DNA of 64,000 bases from a virus (Duplodnaviria; Caudoviricetes), in the IMG/VR virus record IMGVR_UViG_3300005439_000017, positions 20,020-84,019 of that record. One strand, written 5' to 3'. Shown here in pieces: positions 1 to 10,600 of the stretch (within the stretch, counting starts at the first letter, position 1; each line of letters starts with the position of its first letter). Position numbers and translations under genes: made by a program. The notes beneath the pieces are model-generated. The model ran no database searches. It worked only from the letters and a program-made list of their open reading frames with translations, and was not told the DNA's origin.

Positions 1-1627
1 CCTTACTTTCCCTTATAGCTTTAGAAGAAAGAGCTAATATCGCATCTTTACTATCTCCTATAGTAGATAAATAAGCAGAGACAATATTAATATCTGTATC
101 AGAATGCTCTAATAAGTCCTGAATCTTTTCTGAAGTCATTTCGGAATTAGATTTTGCATATTCATACAGGAATTCAGACACCTTAACTTTACCCTGCTCT
201 AGATAGAATGTTTTAATCTCATTCTTCTTAGAGATCATAGGAAGAATTCTTTCTTTAAGAGAAGATAGTCTAGGATCTGAGAATCTTTGACTTATAAACA
301 CATCGAGAACATCATATGCTTTTATGTAAACATATAAGTCTCTAAGATCTTTAGTAGTTACAAGACTAGGAACCTCTTCAAGCTTAAGCATTCTATTGTG
401 CTGAATATTAATATCTTTATCTGCCTGATCTATAAATCCTATAAATCCTTCCACATCTTGATTCTTCTCTAGTTGTTCATAAATCCTATCTAATTCTGCC
501 TTATATTCATCTCTGATATTCTTCTGTTTGTAGTGAGCTAGTTTCCTCTTTAAACTATCTGTAGCTCTTTTAAGAACATCTTTAAAAGGATCCAGCTTAA
601 CTTGAAAATAGGCTTCATCAGAATCTATATCCGAGTTATAGACTTGTTCTAAGGTATCTGAGAGCATATCATTTGCCAATCTTTCATATTGAGCATTAAT
701 AATAGCATCAATTTCATTAGCAGAATTCTTACCAAAAATACCTTTAATCTTAGCCCAGATCAATTTGGCTGTGGCCAATAGCTGATCAAACAGGCTCTTA
801 TTTTCACTGTACACATTATTATTAACAAGAGCAGAAGTTAGCAGTTTACCTGCTGTTTCAAAAGCCATTTTCTCTTCAGTATCATAAATATCCTTGTACT
901 GTTCTTTAACAGTATTATACAAAGTAGATTTTCTGGCAAGATTAAGATATCTATCATACATAGGAGTATTCTTAACCATAGCAAATAAAAAGTGAGAAGA
1001 CTCTTCAGGAAGAGTTTCTATATTAGCTTTGTTATCAACAATATAAATAGTCTTCCTAGCTATATCAGCCATAGCCACAGCATCCTCACCAGTTCTTGTT
1101 TTAAGCTCATTAATAGCCTCTACAGATATTCCTTTAGAAGATAACCAACCAGTTAATAGATTATCTAACTTTTCGTTTGGTTTCTCTAAATTGTCACTGA
1201 ACAACTGGAATGATTTACCTTGTTGTCTGGCATTAAATATAGCTTGAGCAGCTAATGGGTTTATTTCAATAGTAGCAGAATTCTTAGTCTTAGTAATAAG
1301 AATTATATCTTGATTACCAGCAATATCTCTATAATAAGTATTAATATTATTAAGCTTATCAATTCTCTTTTGAAAAGCTGATTTACTTTCAATATTTTCA
1401 TTATCTTCTCCCCATCTTCCCTTGTTAACGAACCATTTATCATCAAATCTATGGATTAATTTACTATCTACAAGATATTTAAGCCAGTTTTCGACTGTAG
1501 ATTCCTGAAAGGATTCGGGTATAGTATAGTTATTAGCAATAAATTGTCTGTAGGCTTCAAACTCACCTACCTTATCTACAAGCGCTATCCAGCGACTATC
1601 ATTTTTATTTGGGCAAACTAATTTCAT
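1..1627 (-). CDS. Large virion/ejection protein of the crAss-like RNAP cassette, truncated by the window edge (>540 aa); degenerate zincin-like motif
   Basis: Not in the ORF track. ATG at 1627 lies 1 nt after the stop of the giant ORF. Translation begins MKLVCPNKNDSRWIALVDKVGEFEAY and later contains ETLPEESSHFLFAM and MAFETAGKLL. No stop found in the portion translated (to about 810), and the remainder appears open. Confidence 0.85.
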   Translation of the reverse strand, partial: MKLVCPNKNDSRWIALVDKVGEFEAYRQFIANNYTIPESFQESTVENWLKYLVDSKLIHRFDDKWFVNKGRWGEDNENIESKSAFQKRIDKLNNINTYYRDIAGNQDIILITKTKNSATIEINPLAAQAIFNARQQGKSFQLFSDNLEKPNEKLDNLLTGWLSSKGISVEAINELKTRTGEDAVAMADIARKTIYIVDNKANIETLPEESSHFLFAMVKNTPMYDRYLNLARKSTLYNTVKEQYKDIYDTEEKMAFETAGKLLTSALVNNNVYSENKSLFDQLLATAKLIWAKIKGIFGKNSANEIDAIINAQYERLANDMLSDTLEQVYNSDIDSDEAYFQVKLDPFKDVLKRATDSLKRKLAHYKQKNIRDEYKAELDRIYEQLEKNQDVEGFIGFIDQADKDINIQHNRMLKLEEVPSLVTTKDLRDLYVYIKAYDVLDVFISQRFSDPRLSSLKERILPMISKKNEIKTFYLEQGKVKVSEFLYEYAKSNSEMTSEKIQDLLEHSDTDINIVSAYLSTIGDSKDAILALSSKAIRESK

Positions 1628-1628
1628 A

Positions 1629-4600
1629 TTATTTACAGTGATCTATTAGGGTTTGGATATCATCATCCGATACATCTTTATTAGTATCAGAAATTGTATT
1701 ATCTAAAGTCTCAACTTGTTTAGTTACAGGAGATTTAGATTCATCCACTTTAACATTGTTACTAACTACTATGGATTGTAAATTGTCGATATTAATATCA
1801 TATTCATTACCTACTAACTTTCCAACCTCTTCATAGGTAAAAGTATTCTTATCTAGTAATCTGAATAATTTATTATCAAACTTAACCATAAACTTAGGAA
1901 GCTTCTCAGTAAATGTTTCTCCCTCTTGTTGATAGGTTACAGTGTCTATAACATTACTACCATCTTTGACTACTAAGTAGTGGTTTTTATGTTGTATTAC
2001 AAACTTAGGATCAACTTCTTTAACAAATCCTGAATTAGGATTATTTCTGATAAATTGCTCTACAAACCTATTTATTTTCTGCAAATATAAGGAATCTTGC
2101 TCTAATTTACCAAAAATATCTTCCTGAAAATCAATTAATCCTATATCTCTCAGATATTCTGTAGGAATAAAATCAGCAAATGAGTAGAGAGATTTACCAA
2201 CCCCGGATACAGCGAATGAATAAACGACAAGATCTTTGCCTATGCTAGCCACTTCGGTATTATCGTCTTTAAGAAGCCTATCAAAATCCTGAATAATTTC
2301 ATTTCTTTCATCCTTAGTATATCCTACTGTACCAGAGAATGTTATATAATTGACATCTTTATTACTCTGATAGTCAGGAGTATGCAGAAGTTTAATAAAC
2401 AGATTATCTTCATAGTCTTTATTACCTTTAAGTTTATTTAGCCTCTTTGCTAGTGTTTTCTCACCTATAAGCAACTCTTTTAGGTTTTTAGTATTATCCT
2501 TCAGCCAATCAAAATCTGTTGTTATAAACGAAATTAAACTGTTATTCAAAGCACTTATATTTTTATAATAGAAAGTGTCTGATGCATCTCCATTATCTTT
2601 AAGCTGTCTAAGAAAATTGTCAAATATTCTATTACCATATGGTATGTATCTGGCAGTATTATCTCTGGTAACTCTAAGCACATCAGTAAATTCTTTAACC
2701 ATTGGGTAGGTACTCTCTTCTGAGAATACTGAAGCTGTGCTAACCATCTTGTTTTCAATACTCTGATCTACCTTATCAAGAAATTGATTAAGTTGGGCTA
2801 AAGTAGGAAGAGATCTTATAGCGTCTGCTCTGGTTGCACTTACAGCAAGACCTAAACTATTAGCATACTTTCTATACTGTTTGTAGGTCTGATACACTAA
2901 TTTTTGATAATCGTTAGTAGTATCTTTTAACTCTCTTCTTAAAGTTTCAGTAGACAAATCTACAACCTTATTTTCCAACTTATCTATATTGTATTTAGCT
3001 ATTATTCTGGTCTCTGCTTCCTTTTCATTGTAAATGGTAAGAAATCTTACATAATCTTCCAATATAGGCTGAGAAATGAAATAAGAAGCTGTTTCAAGGC
3101 TATATCCAGCCCTAACTATCATAGCAGCAACACCAAATGTTTCAAAATTGATATTAAGATCATCTGCTACAGGATCTTTAGCATTATCAACAAAAGCAGC
3201 AAGGAATTGTCCAAGATTATCAGATATAAGCGTTTTGAGATCAAGCGCATACATTCCTGATAGATTAGTCTCAGACTTACCATCAAATGTAATAGTTCCA
3301 TTGTTTAAATAAAGATTACTTTCTTGGGCAAGAGCATGATTAGTATTCTGATTAGCAGCCAATCCAATTAGACCAGCACCAGCCTGGTTCCTTTTTCTGA
3401 ACTCTTCTTGACTAATAGGATCTATATAGATTAGTGGGGCTTTGCTCTTATATTTCCTAACTTCACCAGCAAGCTTTTGTAACTCAGCAAATCCCCCTTC
3501 TTTAACTATTTCATTATAATTAGCAGGATTAGTAAGAATAGATTGTATAATATCTAGAATACCATTATCTCTTTCTTCACGAGTATGAGATTCGGCCTCT
3601 GGATTGAATTCAATCTTAGTTATATCATTTCCCTGTTTCTTGAACTCCGGAAGCATGATATAGAGTTTATCAATATCGAAATCAGATCCCATCTGAGATA
3701 CAATTTCAGGGGGTAATACTACCATACTACCAGATTCTTGTGGTAAGAATCCAACAACTTTAAGAGGTATCATAGAGTGTTTTCCTTCTGTAGGAATCCT
3801 ATAACCAACCATTTTAAGAAGTTCTGGATCAATATCTGCTATATCTTTTGGTTGAACTACTTCTTTAGTCCACCAAGGTAATAGACATTCAGCATATTCT
3901 ATCACACCTTCTTTGTTCCTAATATATTTAAGATCCTGAAATCCGAATTGTGATACCTGAACAGCTCCAATGCCTCTAGTCTTCTGAGACATTACCCCAT
4001 TCTTAAAGATAGAAGTGAGAATAGGTTCAAATCTAGTAAGTAGGTTAAAGGGTAGGCTTATTGTCTGGCTACCATCTTTCTTAGTAATTAGTTTTAAACC
4101 TTGCTCATAATTATCATCAAGATTTCTGCTGTCAATCTCATCTCTGAGCATATCTACTAAAGTGTTTATATCAGAGAATTCTTCTACTGTAGCACTAAGA
4201 TCTTCTCTAACATTATCCACAATTAGTTTTTGATAAAGGTCTTTAATTTCTCTACCTGTTAGTTCTTTATCTTTAAGCTTATAAATAGTATCATTTTTAA
4301 CATTCTCCAATATCAATCTTCTAATCTGAGTACCAAACAATATGTGAGCATCTATATGCTTCTCAGGAACGTTCTGCACCCATCTCCAATAACTGTTGGA
4401 CAGAGTTATATATTTTACATCCTTGTTATTAAGGAAATCTTCTTGGTTATTAGAATTAATCTCACCTGCCTTAACAGCACTATCAAATACAGCCTCATCA
4501 ATACCATTCTCTTCCATAGTTCTTCTTAGCTTATCCAATTTAGGATTATCTTTAGTAAGAGCAGGAATAAGAGGTACTGCGGAATATTTAATTTGTGTAG

Positions 4601-7600
4601 GAACAACTTTCTTTAATTCTTCATTGTAAGAATGAGCATAATAGAATCCTTTAACCGGATTTAATATAATTCCATAATCTTTAATAGTCGCTTCTCCAGA
4701 TTGAAGTTTAAACAGAGATTCTTCTAATTTCGTATTGTATTTACCAGTAGCTTTAGCTATTTTAATATACCTATCAAGTGTCATATATCCTTGGGCGTCT
4801 GTATAATCAATACCATTGAATGCTGGTTTATCTACCTTCTCAGTTTTTAGAATAGCAACATTGTAAGTTTCTCCTGTAACATCTATATTTAAATCATCTC
4901 CGGGAACATTAATCTCGTTAGATCTCTTGGAAGCATCAGTAACATCTTTGTAAAAAGCTGTATCTCCAATGGTTAGTCTAGATATTTCACCTGTAAAGAT
5001 TAGACTATTTATGTAGAATCTATTCAGAGCCTTAGTTAAGCTACCATTATAAACTCTTTCTATGGCTACAGGATCGATAAACTCTGATTGAATAGCATTA
5101 CTATCATCCTTGGTAATAATACCTAAATCAAGAAGCTTATTTTGAAACTCTTGCGCTTTACCTGTTAAATATTCAGTAGCTGCTGATTTTAATTGTGTTA
5201 TCAAAGCAGGATCAATAGCTCCATTATTAACTATAGAACTAACTAAACCAGGGGCTAATTGCTGTATTGCGGCGCTGTCAGTGGATAATAACTTATAGCC
5301 ATTACCTTTAGTATTCCCCTTCTTAATATAATTCTTAACAGCCAAAGGAGAATCCATGGGAATTTTATTGATATAAAGATCTGCTATCCTTTTTATTTCA
5401 GGAACTATTACCTGATTTACATAAGTATCTACAATATCGTTTTCATTATATCTATAAGAAGATATGGCCCTAATGACAGGATTATCTGAAGGTGTGGGCA
5501 GAACATATACTGCAGTTTCTTTACTACCATTATTTAAAAATAAGTTGATTTTGGTTACCCAAGAATCTTTCTCATTGAAGTCTTTATATTTAGTACCAGA
5601 TTGTCCTTTTATTTGCTCCCTGAGACCATCCACTACAAATAGATCAAATCCCTTCTCTCTGAAGTTTTTATCGTTTATAAGTCTTTTAACAAGTCTTGAA
5701 TCAGAATAATAGGGATCATTGAGATAGGTTTTAAGTATCTCAACGCCAGAACCATTCTTTATTTTGGTTAAGAACTTGGTCATGAAGGTGTTCATGTTAT
5801 AACTATAAACACTCTTATTCTCAACATTCTTAAATGAATCTGTAATAATATCCTTGTTAAAGTTTATAACAAGGTTAGCAAGTCTATCAATAGCTTTATC
5901 TTCAGTTAAGAAAGGATTTTGAAGACTCTTAACGCTACTAACGAGGTTCTCAAGAGTACCTTCAGTACTACCATAAATAAATGTCTTAAACTCATTTATT
6001 CCGGGAATAATGAGATTACCAACAGACACAGACTGTTTATATCTATCAAATACCGATTTAGGAATATTTATACCAATAGCTCTAAGAACATCTATATAAT
6101 TATCTATAATATCGTCTGTAAGAGCTTTGCCTTCCTTGAGAGATGTTTCTAAAGAAGCTTTAAGAACTTTATATTTATTATTCAGTATGGCTAACGCCTC
6201 ATGTCTGATAGCTTGTTTATTATTATCTATGTAGATAAATTTGTCTATAAACTTATTCTTCCATTCTTCTTTTATGAAATTTCTAATATTCTTCCTATTA
6301 GAAGTCATGACTCTGAATTTCTTAGTTTCTCCTAATTCATCTACTTCTGTAGAAAATAGAACAGTTATGAACTTATTATTAGATTTAGAGAAATTAGTAT
6401 AGAATTCAGATTTAAGGTCATCTCCTGATTCATTTAATATATCAATGAGCTGATGAATTTCTGGTCTGAAACTAGTTAGTTCTTGCATCTCATTAATCAT
6501 ATCTGCATAGGTATCTAACCCAGCAAGATTTCTTACAAGGAAGTTATAAGTTTCATGAAAGTTCACTCTTTCATATTCAGCAAACTCGTTTATCTTGAAA
6601 TGATAATTAAGCTGTTGGTTGCCATCTACATCAGTATATAGAGTAGGCTTCTTCTCCATAGCTCTAAGCGAACGAACAAGGCGTTTCATACCAGCAGACA
6701 GTTTATCATATCCACTTATTTCGAAGTATTGATATTGCCACCTTTCTTTGTTATCAATGTCTGGTTCATCAATATCTACCTCGTTCTCAGACTGAATCTT
6801 ATTCTCTATGTACTCTGACCAATCTTGTGCGAGATCTCTTACTCTAATATTATATCCATATACTGATAAGAAACGTTTATGTTTGGTTTTAAGACCTTCA
6901 ATCTTTTCGCCATTAACTTCCATATCTTCAAACATATCTACCAGTTTCTGATTCAATTCTGGTAAGTTGCCTTTAGAATCAGCATGCCTTGCTTGGAAGC
7001 TTTCTATAGCTCTATCATATATAATGTTGAGATTGAGTTTATTGTTTGATAAAAACTCTCCATATTCTATAAATCCTACAGGTAATCCTTTATTAACCTC
7101 ATATTGTTCAACTAATTCCTCAATGGCTTCTATAAACATATCGTCTATAGTTTCTATTGCTTTTCTTTGCAGTTTAATGGTAAATCCTGGAACAAGAGAT
7201 TGCCTTACTAATAATTCGTTGTTTTGCCTATTTATATTGCGTTTAAACAACTTTTCAGATTGACTATATATTCCACTATCAATTCTATAAAAGAATTCGT
7301 CTAATGCAATCTTATTGCTCAATAGAGCTTTAAGTTGCTGATACAATCTTTTGAAGAAGTTAAGAATCTTAGCCCCTAAAGAACTAATAGACTGGTTATT
7401 AATGATATATCTCTTGAAATCTTCGGCAAGTTTTTCTTCAATATAAATATCATTTATTTCAGATTCAGAAAGATCTGGATATAATTCTCCCAGTTTACTA
7501 GCCTCCTCAGCAGTAATTTTGGGGTACTTTCTAGTACCTTGAGTAGTTACAGACTCCCTTTCTTTATTAGAAAGGATAAGATTAAATACTACGTGAAAAG

Positions 7601-10600
7601 CTTCGTGGTAGGTTGTACCTTCAGGGGCATTCCTGTTAATATAAATCATATTATCATAGAATAGCCCCCAAGCAGATTGACCAAATTTAGAGTTAATTGT
7701 TCTAAGATCATCAACAAATTGGACCCTATCTTCTATAAAAGGAAGGTTCTTGGCTACCCAAGCTAATTCGTTAGTACTATTCAGGGGTTCAAACTTCTCA
7801 TCTGTAGCAGACGATCTTCTGAATATTCCAGGTTTCCTAACAACCTTATCAGGAAACTTGTATGGTTCAGGTTTCTTAATATCCCCAAGATCAGGAACTA
7901 CTTTTGGTAATTCATAATGTAAACTTGGCTGAATGAAGGGGTATTGACTATTTAAGTCAGAAGTAACTACGAATTCCTCCGATAGAAAATCATTGTAGTT
8001 GCTATAGCTATTACCAGTAACAGGGTCATTGTATTCATCGAATCCATTTATTTTCGATTTAAGAACGTTTCTTAGCCTATTGGATAAATCATTACGAACA
8101 TAATCGTCATTGAAATTATCGCCAAATCTAAAGGTTTCAGAACCTATTATGATAGACTCTGTTGCCCCATCTATATAGAGAGTATTATCAGATTTATTTC
8201 CCACATAGGTAACCTCATTAATTTTGTCTGATATGTCTTTATAACTCTCAGGAGTAACATTGTTAAGGTTATCTATAATATATTCAACCTCTGCACTAGT
8301 TAGTCTTCTAAGATTAGCCTTAGCAGGTCTTACTTTACCATCTAGACCAATAATAGGAATATAGACTGCCCCATCTTTAAGATTAACGGCTGAAGTTGCA
8401 TTCTGTAACACTTCGTTGTTAGGAATAACAATATTACCTTGAAGACCATACCCCAATGAAAAATCCTTGGTTTTAAGAGTATCCGATAATTTCTCTGTTT
8501 TTTCTTCTTTCTTTAAAGACTTATTCTTATCAACATTGTTAAATAATCCTGGTCCTTTATGAATAATTTTAGATTCTGTTATAGGTTTTTTACCTCTATA
8601 AGTATCAATTACTTCTATCTGATCTGGTTCAAATACAACCATTTCCAAAAATGGTCTATATCCTTTGTCAGATTGCTTATTCCACACTACGGAATCAAAT
8701 CCAATTTCCTCTAACGCTCTTCTGTCATCGCTAGATATTGTAATGGAAGTTTCTAATTTGTACCTAGCCTCATGTAATGGATCTCCCATTATGTAAGGTC
8801 CTTTAGATTTCAAAAATGCATAGTAAAGATCTTTACCCTCTCCTATAGTATTCTTATCAGTAAATCTACCATATTTCTCGGCTTGTCTTATATCTCTTGA
8901 GAAGTATATTCCTTGTTCTCCTGTAAAAGCATCACTCTTTCTATACCCCTCATCTCCAGGCTTTTTGAATTTTTCTATTCCCTCTTTTCCTGCTGTCATA
9001 AATATCATAGGCTCACCATTGATATCCCTCATAATATTTTTATCTTTAACAGACTGATCAATAGCTCTCTCTAGATTTGTTCTATTGAACTTAACTATTT
9101 TCCCATCAGGCGACTGTACATAACCAAGGGTATAAAGATAGATTATAAAATTCTCAAGATTTTGTCTTATAGTAAACGCTGTTTTTAACTTAGCTTTAAG
9201 ATCGGGATTGTCATCAAGATCGAAAGACACTTTGGAATCGAAACCTGCAAGTAATATTTTTTTATCTTTTAATTTAGTAGTTCTATCTTTAAACTTTTCA
9301 CTAAGATAAATGGTTATGCCAAATTTATCATTAGTAGTCCAAGCCAACATGTCTTCAGAGTAATTATATTTAACAGGATCAGCATAATCAACCTTTAAAG
9401 GTCCATATTTATCTGAAAAATCCTGTAAGATAGTATTAGGCTCTCTTAGTTTAGCATATTGAATTTTACCTTGTTCTTTCCCATAGATTTCAACAAGATC
9501 TCTATAAAGAATAGAATCTTGCCCATTAGGGGCTTTAGTTGTAAAGTTGGTAGGAACCTCTACAGACTCTCCCTCATATAAAGCCTTTCTAAATCTAACT
9601 ATATCGTCATTAGCTTCAGCGATTTCCTTAGTATAGATAGCCTTAACAAACCCAATAATTCTATCTCCAGATATTATCTCTATAGCAGCTGTTAGATAAG
9701 GATTATTATTTGAATAGGAAAGAAGTTCATTAGGATCTAGATTATTAGCATTAGCAAATCTTATTATAAATGGATTTACATCCACAGATTTATTAATGTT
9801 AAAACTTACAGAATCCCCAACATTTACGCTATTATTTTCTAAATAAACAGGGTTGGAAAATGCATTATAGGCAACAGCATTAGGACTATTAGAAGTATTT
9901 TCATTAGACAGTTGAGTACTTAAAGCTTCTGATAGATCTGTTGTAGTAGGTATTGAATCTATATCGTTAGGTTCTACTATGGATGATTTAACTGTATTCT
10001 CAGTATTGAAATAATCATCAATAGTCTTTCTAATCTCTGGAAATATTTCTTGCTCTCTGGCATCAGATAAAGAGTCTTTAAGCTCTTCTGGAGTTTCAGA
10101 TCTAAGAGTATATCCTAAGTCTGTAAATATAGGTTCAAAATGAGCTTTGTCCATTTCAAAAGCTTTAAGATCTTTATATCTCTCCCCTAATGATTTATAG
10201 AAATTTCTATCAGGAGTTACCGATTTAAAGTATCTTTTCTCAAATTGCTTTACAGTTTCAACTTTAGTTAATTCGTTCCTTCTTCTATCCATCTCATCAT
10301 TAACTATCTTAGCTAATTCTGGAATATCTTTATAAAGAGTATTTTCAGGAACATCTATAGCTTTAGCTATATTCCCCTGAATAGGAGTTTCAAGAAGTCT
10401 TTGAAGATCTTCAACTGTAGCTTTCGATACAAAATTATCTCTAAGATTATCAGCAACCATGCTGCGCATTTGAGATTTCATATCATCTTTTAAGGCTGTT
10501 GTAATTTCTTCTTGTCCCTTCTTAGTTTCAACTTTCTTAAGTATATCTTTAATAGTTCCTAATTCTGTTTCAAGCTTAATCCTATCAATAAAAGATTGTT

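Noticed and set aside
4344-7263. Plus-strand short ORFs inside the vRNAP gene, and similar antisense ORFs at 10878, 12505, 13726, 17556, 21276, 25784-27235, 28086, 31305, 32538, 33995, 34587, 36920, 37377-38006, 42844, 44782, 45457, 47383 and 49110
   Set aside because: Antisense shadows of long, well-supported genes, with no motifs.
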